DNA of 63,698 bases, counting the filler, from Limisphaerales bacterium (GTDB taxonomy: Bacteria; Verrucomicrobiota; Verrucomicrobiia; Limisphaerales; SIBE01), in the NCBI GenBank assembly GCA_044225505.1. It is 4 parts of 4 records of this genome, joined end to end, with 100 filler letters (N's around TTAATTAATTAA, not from the genome) between each part and the next. Parts side by side here need not be neighbours in the genome. Positions count along the whole stretch, not along the records: positions 16,669 to 33,171 come from JBGAIN010000177.1; 3 more parts are not named here. One strand, written 5' to 3'. How positions within the stretch are numbered: the stretch's first letter is position 1; each line of letters opens with the position of its first letter. The notes under the pieces were generated by a model. The model was not told the origin of the DNA. It was given only the letters and a program-made list of their open reading frames with translations, and searched no databases. Positions 20,872 through 30,564 of this stretch are shown here, piece by piece. The translations under genes were made by a program, and so were the position numbers.

Positions 20872-22563
20872 CTACCACCCCTCCGCGCTTCCGTAACCGC
20901 GAGGTTCGGAAGCGCCGACGAAACTCTTGCCATCCTCCGAACGGCTGACGGCTTGCGCCGCGCCAATGGCGGACACTTTAGCGATCCGATGGCCACGGTT
21001 TTGGAGCGCTTGCAAGATCTCGTCATTGATGGTGGATTCCACCCTAAGCTCGTCCGGTTGCCATTGATGATGAAAGCGAGGCTGGGCCAGCGCGGTTTCG
21101 GCATCCATTCCGAAATCGATCATGTTGAGGATCGCCAGGACTACCTGGCTGATAATCGTGGGGCCACCAGCCGCTCCCACGGCGAGGACGGGCCGGCCGT
21201 TGGCGAAGACAAACGTTGGACTCATGCTGGTTAGGGGCCGTTTGCGGCCGGCCACCGCATTGGCTTCGGCGCCCACCAGCCCGAAATAGTTCGGCACTCC
21301 AGGTTGCAGCGAAAAGTCGTCCATTTCGTTGTTCATGAGCACGCCGGTCCCGGGAATCACCGCTTTCGAGCCGAACGAAGTATTAATACTTGCCGTGCAG
21401 GCGACCCAGTTGCCTGCGGCATCCGCCGTCGAAAAGTGAGTGGTGTGTTTGCCAAAAAAATTCTGCAAGGCGGCAGGCGGGGTGCCATGTTGCTGGATGG
21501 GAACGATCTGGTCCATTCGGATTCGCCGCGCCAGTTGCGCCGCGTACGGCTTGGAAGCGAGATTCCGCGGGACCCTCACGAAGTCAGGGTCACCCATCCA
21601 ATAGGCGCGGTCGGCAAATGCCAGTTTCATCGCTTCGGCGACGACATGGATGAAGTCCGGGGAGTTGGGTCCCATTTTCTTAAGATCGAAGTTCTCGAGG
21701 ATGTTGAGAATCTCGGCGACGGCCACTCCCCCCGAACTGGGGGGCGGAAATCCGACGATCGTTCGACCACGGTAGGTGCTCGTGACTGGCTCTCGCAATC
21801 CAATAGAGTATCCAGCCAGGTCTACTGCACTCAAGATCCCGCCTTGCGAATTCATCCAGCGCACCATCTGGACGGCCACTGGGCCCGAGTAAAAATAGTT
21901 GATCCCACCGCGAGCGATCCCGCGGTAGGTGCGGGCGAGGTCGGGCTGTTTTAGAACTTCTCCGGCTATTCTCGGAGAACCGTCCGGATGCAAAAAAATG
22001 GCTCGAGACTCCTTGAAAGCGCTCAACGCTTGGGCGGATTCCAGCAAGCGCTGAGCGTAGGCGGCGTCGATCGGAAAACCGCGCTCGGCCAAATTGGCGG
22101 CGCGCTGCAAGTGGACTCGCAAGGGCATTGTGCCGAAATTCGCGGCGGCAAAGTTGTAGGCCAGCAGCGCGCCTGGCGTGGCTACAGAAAGGGCTCCAAA
22201 TTGGCTGGCATTGGGGTCGACCTGGCCGTTGCGGACGAACATACCCGGAGTCGCTGCGAGCGGGGCGGACTCGCGGCCGTCCAAGACGAGGACCTTCCCG
22301 TTGGCTCGTCGAATCAGCATGATGCATCCGCCTCCGATACCCGAGTTGTGTCCATCGACGACTCCCAAGGTCAGTCCAACAGCGGCCGCCGCGTCGACGG
22401 CGTTGCCGCCTCGCTTCAGCACATCAAGTCCAGCCTCTGTGGCTAACGGATGTCCGGTTGAAACCATCCCTCGATCGGCGCGGGCGCTTGCGGCTTGATT
22501 GTCCGGCCACCGCGGCAGGGCGATGAGAACGAGCAGAGCCCAAAGGAAGCATTTAGTTTTCAT
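20872..22563 (-). CDS. ggt: Gamma-glutamyltransferase
   Basis: GGNAVDAAAA, SGIGGG, LDGRESAP, PPPSSGG, autocleavage HTTHFS, NNEMDDFS, RPLTSMSP and GAAGG; signal peptide. Confidence 0.95.
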   Translation of the reverse strand: MKTKCFLWALLVLIALPRWPDNQAASARADRGMVSTGHPLATEAGLDVLKRGGNAVDAAAAVGLTLGVVDGHNSGIGGGCIMLIRRANGKVLVLDGRESAPLAATPGMFVRNGQVDPNASQFGALSVATPGALLAYNFAAANFGTMPLRVHLQRAANLAERGFPIDAAYAQRLLESAQALSAFKESRAIFLHPDGSPRIAGEVLKQPDLARTYRGIARGGINYFYSGPVAVQMVRWMNSQGGILSAVDLAGYSIGLREPVTSTYRGRTIVGFPPPSSGGVAVAEILNILENFDLKKMGPNSPDFIHVVAEAMKLAFADRAYWMGDPDFVRVPRNLASKPYAAQLARRIRMDQIVPIQQHGTPPAALQNFFGKHTTHFSTADAAGNWVACTASINTSFGSKAVIPGTGVLMNNEMDDFSLQPGVPNYFGLVGAEANAVAGRKRPLTSMSPTFVFANGRPVLAVGAAGGPTIISQVVLAILNMIDFGMDAETALAQPRFHHQWQPDELRVESTINDEILQALQNRGHRIAKVSAIGAAQAVSRSEDGKSFVGASEPRGYGSAEGW

Positions 22564-22626
22564 CCCGGCAGTAGAGTAGCTCAAAAGGACGGGCGCGCGC
22601 CACCAGGGATTTGCTGGAAAACGGGA

Positions 22627-23088
22627 TCACGCCGCGTGCGAATTGGGCGGAATCGATCGGGCAATCACGTGGCGGTAGGTATCATTGGGATCAAATTGTG
22701 CGGGGGAGAACTCGATGGCTTCGCCGGATTTCTCAACGGCAAGCGTATGAGCAACCCCTGGAGCAATCAGAACCAGATCGCCGGCATTCAAAGGGACAAC
22801 TTGCTCCGATTTCGATTCGAGGTCTTCGAGGTATAGGGAGACCGTTCCACTCAGGAGATAGATATATTCCATCTTGACCTTGTGGTAGTGGTTCCCGCGA
22901 GCGGTGCCTGCGCGCAGTTCGATAAATGCAATGTAGCGGATGCCATCGTCACTATTGTAGAACGCGGCCAGTTCCCCTTGCGGAAGCAGCAGTCGCTTGA
23001 GTTGTGGCGCCTCCGGGCCTGGTGAACCGTTGAATACGGGAAGTGATCCTTTGCGGACTTTTCCGGAGAAAAACGAGAGCGGAAACAT
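22627..23088 (-). CDS. Cupin-domain protein (WxcM C-terminal/QdtA-like)
   Basis: RGNHYHKVKMEYIYLLSG...GDLVLIAPGVAH cupin motifs; start uncertain. Confidence 0.7.
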   Translation of the reverse strand: MFPLSFFSGKVRKGSLPVFNGSPGPEAPQLKRLLLPQGELAAFYNSDDGIRYIAFIELRAGTARGNHYHKVKMEYIYLLSGTVSLYLEDLESKSEQVVPLNAGDLVLIAPGVAHTLAVEKSGEAIEFSPAQFDPNDTYRHVIARSIPPNSHAA

Positions 23089-23287
23089 GCGGTGAAGATC
23101 TGGCATTCCGAGATCCAGGGCGAGCGGAAAAGTGGCGGCGGTCGCTTCCGGAGGTTCGGCTGTTGACCAGGCGAGTTCGAGTTGGCAGGCTTCACGCACC
23201 TGTACCATGCGTCAATCCACCCGTCTCTCTGTTCCGCGCCGTCGTTCAACGAAGCCTCCTCAGGTCCCTGGCCCGCACGAATCGCTC

Positions 23288-24070
23288 ATGCACCAAACAT
23301 TGCTGGATTGTCTGGGAGCGGCTGGCAAAATCCTTTTGCGCTATTTCGGCAAAGTCACGAACCCGCGTGAGAAAGAGAACGCGAGCAGCGTGGTGTGCGA
23401 CGCCGATTTAGCCGCTGAGGCAGCGATTCTGAAACTGCTGCGCCGTCGATTTCCAGCAGATAACATCATCGCGGAGGAGAGCGGCCGGATCTGGCGCGGG
23501 TCGGACTACACCTGGGTCATCGACCCGCTGGATGGCACGTCCAACTTTGTGGCTGGTTTACCTTGGTTTGGGGTTCAGATTGGCATTCTACGAGGTGGAG
23601 AGACTCTTCTGGCCGGGATGTACTTGCCTGTCGACGACGTTCTCTACTTCGCCGCCCAAGGCAAGGGAACTTATCGGAACGGAAGCGAAGTTCGGGTAAC
23701 GGAAGACCAGAATTTGCGGCGAGTCCTTTGTGCCTTTGGTTTCGATCCCCAACCGGAACGCCGCACCCGGCGGATGGTGGAGTTGCTCTTTCGCGTGGCC
23801 CAAGCGGTTCGAAACACTCGCACCACAAACTCGCTGGTGGATTTTTGCTACACGGTGGACGGGCGATTCGGCGTGTGCATGAATATGAAAACAAAGATTT
23901 GGGATATCGTCCCGGTCTCGCTCATTCTGCCGGAAGCCGGCGGCGCATTCTCGGATCTGGCAGGTTCACCGATTGAATTTGATCTGGGCGAGCAAGCGGC
24001 AAAACGGGAGTATCAAGTTTTGGGAGCCAGCCGATCGCTCCACCGCGCCATGCTGAAATGGATGGAGTAG
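23288..24070 (+). CDS. Inositol monophosphatase family protein
   Basis: DADLAAE, IAEE, WVIDPLDGTSNF and KIWDI. Confidence 0.9.
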   Translation: MHQTLLDCLGAAGKILLRYFGKVTNPREKENASSVVCDADLAAEAAILKLLRRRFPADNIIAEESGRIWRGSDYTWVIDPLDGTSNFVAGLPWFGVQIGILRGGETLLAGMYLPVDDVLYFAAQGKGTYRNGSEVRVTEDQNLRRVLCAFGFDPQPERRTRRMVELLFRVAQAVRNTRTTNSLVDFCYTVDGRFGVCMNMKTKIWDIVPVSLILPEAGGAFSDLAGSPIEFDLGEQAAKREYQVLGASRSLHRAMLKWME

Positions 24071-24153
24071 GCGGTAGACGGGGCATTTGGGTTGGGAATT
24101 CTATCGACAATCGAAACGGCGATTTGCTAACTAAACGGCTCACACCGCGCACT

Positions 24154-25428
24154 ATGCCTGAACAACGCTGGCTCCGGATCATCCCTGTCGCACTGATCAT
24201 GTACACGATTTCGTACATTGATCGGACCAACGTTGCCCTCGCTCTGGATCCGACCTTGTCCACGATGATGCGCGATCTCGGTATGGATGATCGGATGCGC
24301 GGGCACGCCGCAGGGATTTTCTTTTTCGGTTATATCCTGTTGCAAATCCCGGGGGGACATTTGGCCAATCGTTGGAGCGCAAAGAAAATCATTTCAATTT
24401 TATTGGTGCTGTGGGGGATCTGCGCGGTGGGATGTGGCTTTGTTACGACCTTCAAGCAGTTCGAAGTCATGCGATTTCTCTTGGGCGTCGCAGAGAGCGG
24501 CGTTTTTCCGGCGACGTTGGTCTTGCTGGCGAATTGGTTTCCCCGTTCGGAACGAGCTCGCGCCAATGCTTATTGGAATCTTTGTCAGCCGTTGGCCGTG
24601 GCAAGCTCTGCTCCGATCACCGGCTGGCTTCTGGGCATCTGGGGATGGAAGACGATGCTTATCGTCGAGGGAGCATTGCCTTTCGTATGGTTGCCATTGT
24701 GGCTTTATTTCATTAACGATCACCCGCGCGAGGCGAAATGGATCTCCGCGGAGGAACGCGAACATTTGGAAACGACCTTGAAGCGTGAGGCTTCGGATCT
24801 CGAGCCGGTAACCAAGGTTCCCCTTTGGCGAGCGTTTCTTCAGCCTGCGGTATTTGTGATGTTGGCAGTTTATTTTCTCCAGAACTGCGCCGCTTACGGA
24901 TGCAACACGTTCCTATCGGAAGGGTTGAAAGGGGTCGGGCACAAGTTTACGAGTTTCCAGACGGGGGTGCTCTTTGCCATTCCTTACCTGGTGACGGCCG
25001 TGGTCATGATCGTGAATTCACGGCATTCGGACAAAACGCGAGAGCGTCGGGGCCATGTGGCCGTTGTCTATGCCATGAGCGGCGTGTCGCTGATCATCAG
25101 CGTTCTCCTTCGACCGCATTCTTTTTGGTTGTCTTATCTGTTTCTGTGCTTTGCCATTCCTGGGCCATTCGCGGGGCTAGCCCCATTTTGGGCAATTCCC
25201 GCGGAGACGATGCCTCGAAACGTTATGGGGGCCGTCATGGGACTCGTGAATGCGATCGGAAATGTCGGGGGCTATTTCGGGCCGTTTGTCGTCGGTGCGC
25301 TCAAGAAAAAGACTGAAGGGATCACGGTTCCATTCGCGATTCTGGGCGCTGGGTTGCTCGTTGCCGCCGCACTCTGCTTTCTCCTGCCGAAGTCTCGCGT
25401 CATCGATCCGCGCCTTTCCAAACCATAG
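24154..25428 (+). CDS. MFS transporter (anion:cation symporter-like)
   Basis: YIDRTN, GIFFFGYILLQIPGG, RFLLGVAESGVFP and WFPRSERARA. Confidence 0.9.
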   Translation: MPEQRWLRIIPVALIMYTISYIDRTNVALALDPTLSTMMRDLGMDDRMRGHAAGIFFFGYILLQIPGGHLANRWSAKKIISILLVLWGICAVGCGFVTTFKQFEVMRFLLGVAESGVFPATLVLLANWFPRSERARANAYWNLCQPLAVASSAPITGWLLGIWGWKTMLIVEGALPFVWLPLWLYFINDHPREAKWISAEEREHLETTLKREASDLEPVTKVPLWRAFLQPAVFVMLAVYFLQNCAAYGCNTFLSEGLKGVGHKFTSFQTGVLFAIPYLVTAVVMIVNSRHSDKTRERRGHVAVVYAMSGVSLIISVLLRPHSFWLSYLFLCFAIPGPFAGLAPFWAIPAETMPRNVMGAVMGLVNAIGNVGGYFGPFVVGALKKKTEGITVPFAILGAGLLVAAALCFLLPKSRVIDPRLSKP

Positions 25429-25534
25429 AGTGGCGTAGCTCCGATCCGCAGGGTTGATCCGAAGCGAGGGAGCGCCTGCAGGGCAGCGGCGGAGGCTGAA
25501 CGATGCTTATGTAACTGAAGAACGCACCGACCTC

Positions 25535-28500
25535 TCAAGGCAGTGCTGTCCCAGTCGGGGCTGACTGCGCCACGGCGGCTTCGATTCGTCGGTAGGTGAC
25601 GCCCAACAATGGGAACGTGGCCTGGGATTGCTGCAGAAAGCCGGTCGCGGCGGCTTGCTGGCATAAAGCCCAGGCCTCCGCAACACGCCCCGCGCGCCAG
25701 AGCGACTCGGTCATTCGGTAAAGCACGGCTGAGGCGGCCTGCGAATCGAGGGTGAAATCGATGGGCCCAGCCTTGGCCACGTCTGGGTCTAATGCGGCGC
25801 GGCCTAGCTCCAAGCATTCCGCATCCCGACCTTTGTCCCAGGCCAACTCGGCCAAATAGAGTCGGTAGAGACGCTTTCGCGGAGGATCACACTCCAAAAG
25901 GCGATGGAGCGCGGGTTCAAGTTCATGAGTCGGCGGCACATGGAAGACGGAGCGTTGGGCTCGATAGGTTTCCATCAAATCTAGCGCGTAGTGGAGCAGG
26001 GGATCGGGGTTGACGGCGGCATTGGTCATGAAGCCATCGAGAAATGGATGCAGACGAAGAACGCGAAGCTCCGCGGCATTGCTCCGATCCGAGCTGGCTG
26101 GCCAAAGATCGATGGGGAATGCCAGGCGATTCGAATCGCCTTGCCAGTGAAACAAGAGAGAACGGAACAAGCGCGGCTCTGGAATGCGGTGTTCCTGAAA
26201 GTCACGGACGAAAGCTCTAAAGTCGTCTTCCGTCAGTGGATGCCGCTGCAGATATGTGCCAAACCACGTCGTCGCGCGCGGCGAAAAGTCTTCGCGATAG
26301 AGACGCCATTGGTCTGCGATTCGATTCAGGAAGAAACCGCGTTGTGCCATGTATTCGAGTTCCGGGAAAAAATCGCTATGGATTGGACCTGTGGTCGAGA
26401 CAGTGAAGAGGCCGTTTTGTTGGGGAATAATCTCGCGAGCCAGGACCGTTGGCAGAGTCAAGAGATCAACGCGGGCCAAGTCGGCTTTTATCGGGGGGAG
26501 TTCAAACCGCTCGCGTGTCCTCTCGAGGTCGACTCGGAGCGGTTGGCGTGAGCCGATCAAGACCAAATCGCCGACGGCTGGTTGCCACACACTCGCATAA
26601 GGAAACGCGGCCATGAACGTGCGCAAGACCATCTCGACAGTCTCGTCCGTGGTTTCGTAGATATGCATCCATTGCGCAACAATGCCCTCAGGCTTGAGGC
26701 GAGCAGCGCAATCCTCGTAGTATTCCCGGCTGAAAACGCCTGCCACGCCTGCCATCCAAGGATTGGACGGCTCGCTGACAATGAGGTCGTACTGGCGGTC
26801 AGTGATCTTTAGAAACGATTTGGCATCTTCGAGCGCGAGGTGGAATCGTGGATTGTCGAGAACGGCGTCATTATAAGCGGCAAAGAGCCTGGCACCGGCC
26901 ACAACTTCCGGGGAGATTTCAACGGCATCCACGCGTTCGACCGTTGGATGACGAGCGACGGCGCCGCACGTCATTCCGCTGCCGAGTCCGATGACCAGGA
27001 CTTGCTGAATTCCAGGGCGCAGAAGCATGGGAATATGACCCAGCAAAAGTTGCGTGATCATATCAGTCGAATTGCCGGCGTCCGCTTTCCCATTCACCTT
27101 TAAGGTCAGATGCGATTGCGAGCCTTCCTGCCAGCTATAGACATCGACGGTAGCACTAGCGCCATCGCGGTGGTACTGAAGGGGAATCGCGGCGGCGCTG
27201 GCGCGAAAGGCGGCGGCGTTCGGAGGAATATTGGCCGTCCGCCAGAGCCCCATCGATAAGGCTCGTTGCCAGACGGGATCGAGTCTTGACCCGCAAAACC
27301 AGACCACCGCCGCAACGATTAAAAAGGGAATCACCAACGCTCGGCGTTGGCGTTCGAGCTGGCGCCAGGTAAGAGCGAGAAGTCCAATCCCCAGATTGAG
27401 CACGACGCCAACGACGAAGGTCTGGGCCAGGCCAAGGCTCGGCATAATCCATAGTCCAGTGAGCACGGCGCCCAGCACCGTTCCCAGAGTGTTGACGGCA
27501 AACACCATGCCGACCGAATGTCCGACCCGCTGGATATCCGCGGTGGCAATTCGGCTGATGAGAGGCAGTGTCATGCCCAGGCAGATGGCCGGCACGAGCA
27601 TGACGAGAAAACAGATGGCGGCCTGAGCAAGGCTGTAGAGCGCGTAGGCCGCCTCTTTGCGGGCCAGGAGACCGGCCAGGCTGACAAACCAAAACGAAAG
27701 ATACTGGTAAAAAAAGAGTGAGACAAAGAGGGTCAACGCGAGGCCCAACTCGGCCCAGGCAAACGCGACCAAAGACCGCATCTGACCTTTCCACAAGCAA
27801 ACCAGCCAAGCTCCCAGGGCGATGCCAGTGATGAACGTGACTAGCATAAGCGAGAAAGCATGCGTGCTCGAGCCGAGCGCAAGTCCGAGCAAACGGGTCC
27901 ACGCAACCTCGTAAAGCATGGCGACGAATCCGGAAACCCCGATGGCAAAAAGCGCAAGACGGTGTTCGCCGAGGGAATAAGTCTCGGTCGCTGGTTCCTG
28001 CGCCGGACTAAGGGCTACAGGGTGAGTTATGGCTGGGCCTGTCTCGATGCGGACGCTGGCGATTAGAGCGACCAATCCAGCCACGGCGTTCAGTCCGGCC
28101 GCAAAATAAAGAGAGAGTTCCAATCCGTAAGCGGGAACCCACCAAAAGTCCGCGACCAAACAGCCGACAACAGCCCCTGCACTATTGATGGCATAGAGCG
28201 CGGCAACCCGTTGACGCAAGAGCGCCAATGTCAATGTGACGAACCTTGTCAAAACCGGGAACGTGGCCCCCATCAAGATGGTCGGCAACAAAACGAGGAG
28301 AAGGCTGAATCCGAATTTGAGAAGTAACAGGCTCGCCGAGCCTGGGGCGAGGGCTTGGGCAGTCTTAACAAAGCCGTCGTGACATCGATTGAAATAGGCT
28401 GGGAACGCGAGGGCGTAAATGGCAATGCCCAGTTCCAACCAACCGTAAAGAGCCAACGGTTTGCGGGTCCGATCTGCCCGTTGTCCCAACCAAAAATTCC

Positions 28501-28675
28501 CGAGCGCTAACCCGCCCATAAACGCGACCAGAACCGCGACCACCGCGTAGCTTGTATGCCCCAAAAAGAGCGCAAGGTATCGGGCCCAGACGACCTGGTA
28601 GACCAAGCCCGCTACTCCGGAAATAAAAAAACAGCCGACCACCAACGAGAGAAGGCTTCGGGAGCTGCGATTCAC
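25535..28675 (-). CDS. Fused MFS-like membrane domain / spermidine-synthase-like methyltransferase with helical C-terminal extension
   Basis: Duplicated TM halves (GLVYQVVWARYL and AMLYEVAWTRLL); VLVIGLGSGMT, VEISPEV and YDLIVSEPSNPW. Start taken at GTG 28675. Confidence 0.85.
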   Translation of the reverse strand: MNRSSRSLLSLVVGCFFISGVAGLVYQVVWARYLALFLGHTSYAVVAVLVAFMGGLALGNFWLGQRADRTRKPLALYGWLELGIAIYALAFPAYFNRCHDGFVKTAQALAPGSASLLLLKFGFSLLLVLLPTILMGATFPVLTRFVTLTLALLRQRVAALYAINSAGAVVGCLVADFWWVPAYGLELSLYFAAGLNAVAGLVALIASVRIETGPAITHPVALSPAQEPATETYSLGEHRLALFAIGVSGFVAMLYEVAWTRLLGLALGSSTHAFSLMLVTFITGIALGAWLVCLWKGQMRSLVAFAWAELGLALTLFVSLFFYQYLSFWFVSLAGLLARKEAAYALYSLAQAAICFLVMLVPAICLGMTLPLISRIATADIQRVGHSVGMVFAVNTLGTVLGAVLTGLWIMPSLGLAQTFVVGVVLNLGIGLLALTWRQLERQRRALVIPFLIVAAVVWFCGSRLDPVWQRALSMGLWRTANIPPNAAAFRASAAAIPLQYHRDGASATVDVYSWQEGSQSHLTLKVNGKADAGNSTDMITQLLLGHIPMLLRPGIQQVLVIGLGSGMTCGAVARHPTVERVDAVEISPEVVAGARLFAAYNDAVLDNPRFHLALEDAKSFLKITDRQYDLIVSEPSNPWMAGVAGVFSREYYEDCAARLKPEGIVAQWMHIYETTDETVEMVLRTFMAAFPYASVWQPAVGDLVLIGSRQPLRVDLERTRERFELPPIKADLARVDLLTLPTVLAREIIPQQNGLFTVSTTGPIHSDFFPELEYMAQRGFFLNRIADQWRLYREDFSPRATTWFGTYLQRHPLTEDDFRAFVRDFQEHRIPEPRLFRSLLFHWQGDSNRLAFPIDLWPASSDRSNAAELRVLRLHPFLDGFMTNAAVNPDPLLHYALDLMETYRAQRSVFHVPPTHELEPALHRLLECDPPRKRLYRLYLAELAWDKGRDAECLELGRAALDPDVAKAGPIDFTLDSQAASAVLYRMTESLWRAGRVAEAWALCQQAAATGFLQQSQATFPLLGVTYRRIEAAVAQSAPTGTALP

Positions 28676-28790
28676 CGGGGCATGGTACCGGTGGCGCGCG
28701 TTGCTTGGCAAGCTGGGCTTATCAGGAACTGGGATCTTGCCTTGGTCCGTGGAATAGACCATAACAGCGGCAGTTAACTCTTTCCAAAAC

Positions 28791-30194
28791 ATGTTGAATC
28801 GACGTGTGTTATTTTGCTTTGGCTCCCTTTGCTGGGTGCTCGGTCAGCTTCTCCAAGGTCATGCCAGCGAGAAGACCGCCCTGGATCGCTATGTCGCGGC
28901 GCCCGATCAGAACTTTGCCTTTCAGTTAGTCAACACCGTTCAGGGGAAGGGGTACACGACGTTTATCCTCGATATGACGTCGCAGTCATGGCTGACCACA
29001 AACGAGGTCAATCGCACGTTGTGGAAGCATTGGATGACCATCACGAAGCCGGAGGGCGTCGCAGCGTCCACAGCGCTGTTAATGATCACCGGGGGAAGTA
29101 ACGAACGGGAAGCGCCCAAGCAGGCAGACGCCAACATGGTCCGAGTAGCCCTCGCCACCAAATCTGTGGTGGCGGAGTTGCGCATGGTCCCGAATCAACC
29201 CCTCATCTTCGGTGGGGACGGGCAGAAGCGGACGGAAGATTCCCTCATTGCTTACTGTTGGGACAAGTATTTAAGGACTGGGGACGAACGGTGGCCGACG
29301 CGCCTGCCGATGACCAAGAGCGCCGTTCGCGCCATGGATACCATCACCGCGTTTTGCGCCAGCCAGGAAGGGGGCAGTTTTAATGTGGAATCGTTCGTGG
29401 TAAGTGGAGGATCGAAACGAGGCTGGACCACATGGACAACCGCCGCGGTCGACAAACGCGTGGTAGCGATTATTCCCATCGTCATCGATATGCTCAATAT
29501 CGAACCGTCCTTTATCCATCACTGGGAGGCCTACGGTTTCTACGCGCCCGCCGTCGGAGATTACACAGCTTTGGGAATCATGGATTGGCAGGGAAGCAAG
29601 GAATATAAGAATCTGATGCGGATCGAAGAACCGTACGAGTATCGGGATCGGCTGACGATGCCCAAGTTCATAATCAACGCGACTGGGGATCAGTTCTTCC
29701 TGCCGGACTCGAGTCAGTTCTATTTCCATAATTTGCTCGGGGTAAAGTACCTGCGGTATGTTCCTAATGCGGACCATTCACTCCGGGAGAGCGACGCGGT
29801 CGAGACATTGGCCGCATGTTACCACGCGGTGGTCGCCAAGGCGGCCCTGCCTCAGTTCTCTTGGGACGGTAGCGTCCCAGGAACTTTACGAGTCCGAAGT
29901 CACGAGAAGCCTCAAGCGGTCAAACTCTGGCAGGCCACCAATCCGGCGGCACGCGATTTTCGGCTGGAGACGATCGGGAAAGCCTGGAAGAGCTCGGACC
30001 TCGCGCCGCTGGACGACGGCGCATATCTGGCGACAGTTGAGAAGCCTGAGAAAGGCTGGACCGCGTTTTTTGTCGAAATGACTTACGCGTCACGCGGCGC
30101 GCCTGCGCCTCTGAAATTCACTACCGACGTTAAAGTCGTGCCGGATGTCCTTCCGTTTAAGTTCCAGCCGAAAAACCGCGGCACCGCGCCGTAA
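28791..30194 (+). CDS. PqaA-family (PhoPQ-activated pathogenicity-related) secreted hydrolase
   Basis: TALDRYV, MTSQSW, VPNQPL, LPMTKSAVRAMD, GGSKRGWTTW and GDQFFLPD. Confidence 0.88.
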   Translation: MLNRRVLFCFGSLCWVLGQLLQGHASEKTALDRYVAAPDQNFAFQLVNTVQGKGYTTFILDMTSQSWLTTNEVNRTLWKHWMTITKPEGVAASTALLMITGGSNEREAPKQADANMVRVALATKSVVAELRMVPNQPLIFGGDGQKRTEDSLIAYCWDKYLRTGDERWPTRLPMTKSAVRAMDTITAFCASQEGGSFNVESFVVSGGSKRGWTTWTTAAVDKRVVAIIPIVIDMLNIEPSFIHHWEAYGFYAPAVGDYTALGIMDWQGSKEYKNLMRIEEPYEYRDRLTMPKFIINATGDQFFLPDSSQFYFHNLLGVKYLRYVPNADHSLRESDAVETLAACYHAVVAKAALPQFSWDGSVPGTLRVRSHEKPQAVKLWQATNPAARDFRLETIGKAWKSSDLAPLDDGAYLATVEKPEKGWTAFFVEMTYASRGAPAPLKFTTDVKVVPDVLPFKFQPKNRGTAP

Positions 30195-30564
30195 AATACG
30201 TCAGTTCGGCCGGTGGGCGGACTTGGTTTTGCGCAGGCACGATTTGGAATGGCCCGGGCTTTTTGTTAAGACTTTTCCGCGGAGCGAGTGCACTTTTTTG
30301 CTGTGTTGCTGGGCGAGCGCACAAAGAGTTGCCTTGTTCGAAATCACCTGTTAGAAACCTAATAGTTCCTAGAAACGTCCGTGCAGGCGTCGGTCTTTTG
30401 TGTTCAGACGCGCGATATGGCAAAATCTGTGGCCGTCAAGACTCAGCATATTCCAGCGGTTTACCAATCGTCTGGCGATCTTGTGTCCGCATGCGATCCG
30501 GAACGACATGCCGAGTTGAGATGTTCCGCCAATGCAGAGTAGTGAAACCTCACGAAGTATACGT

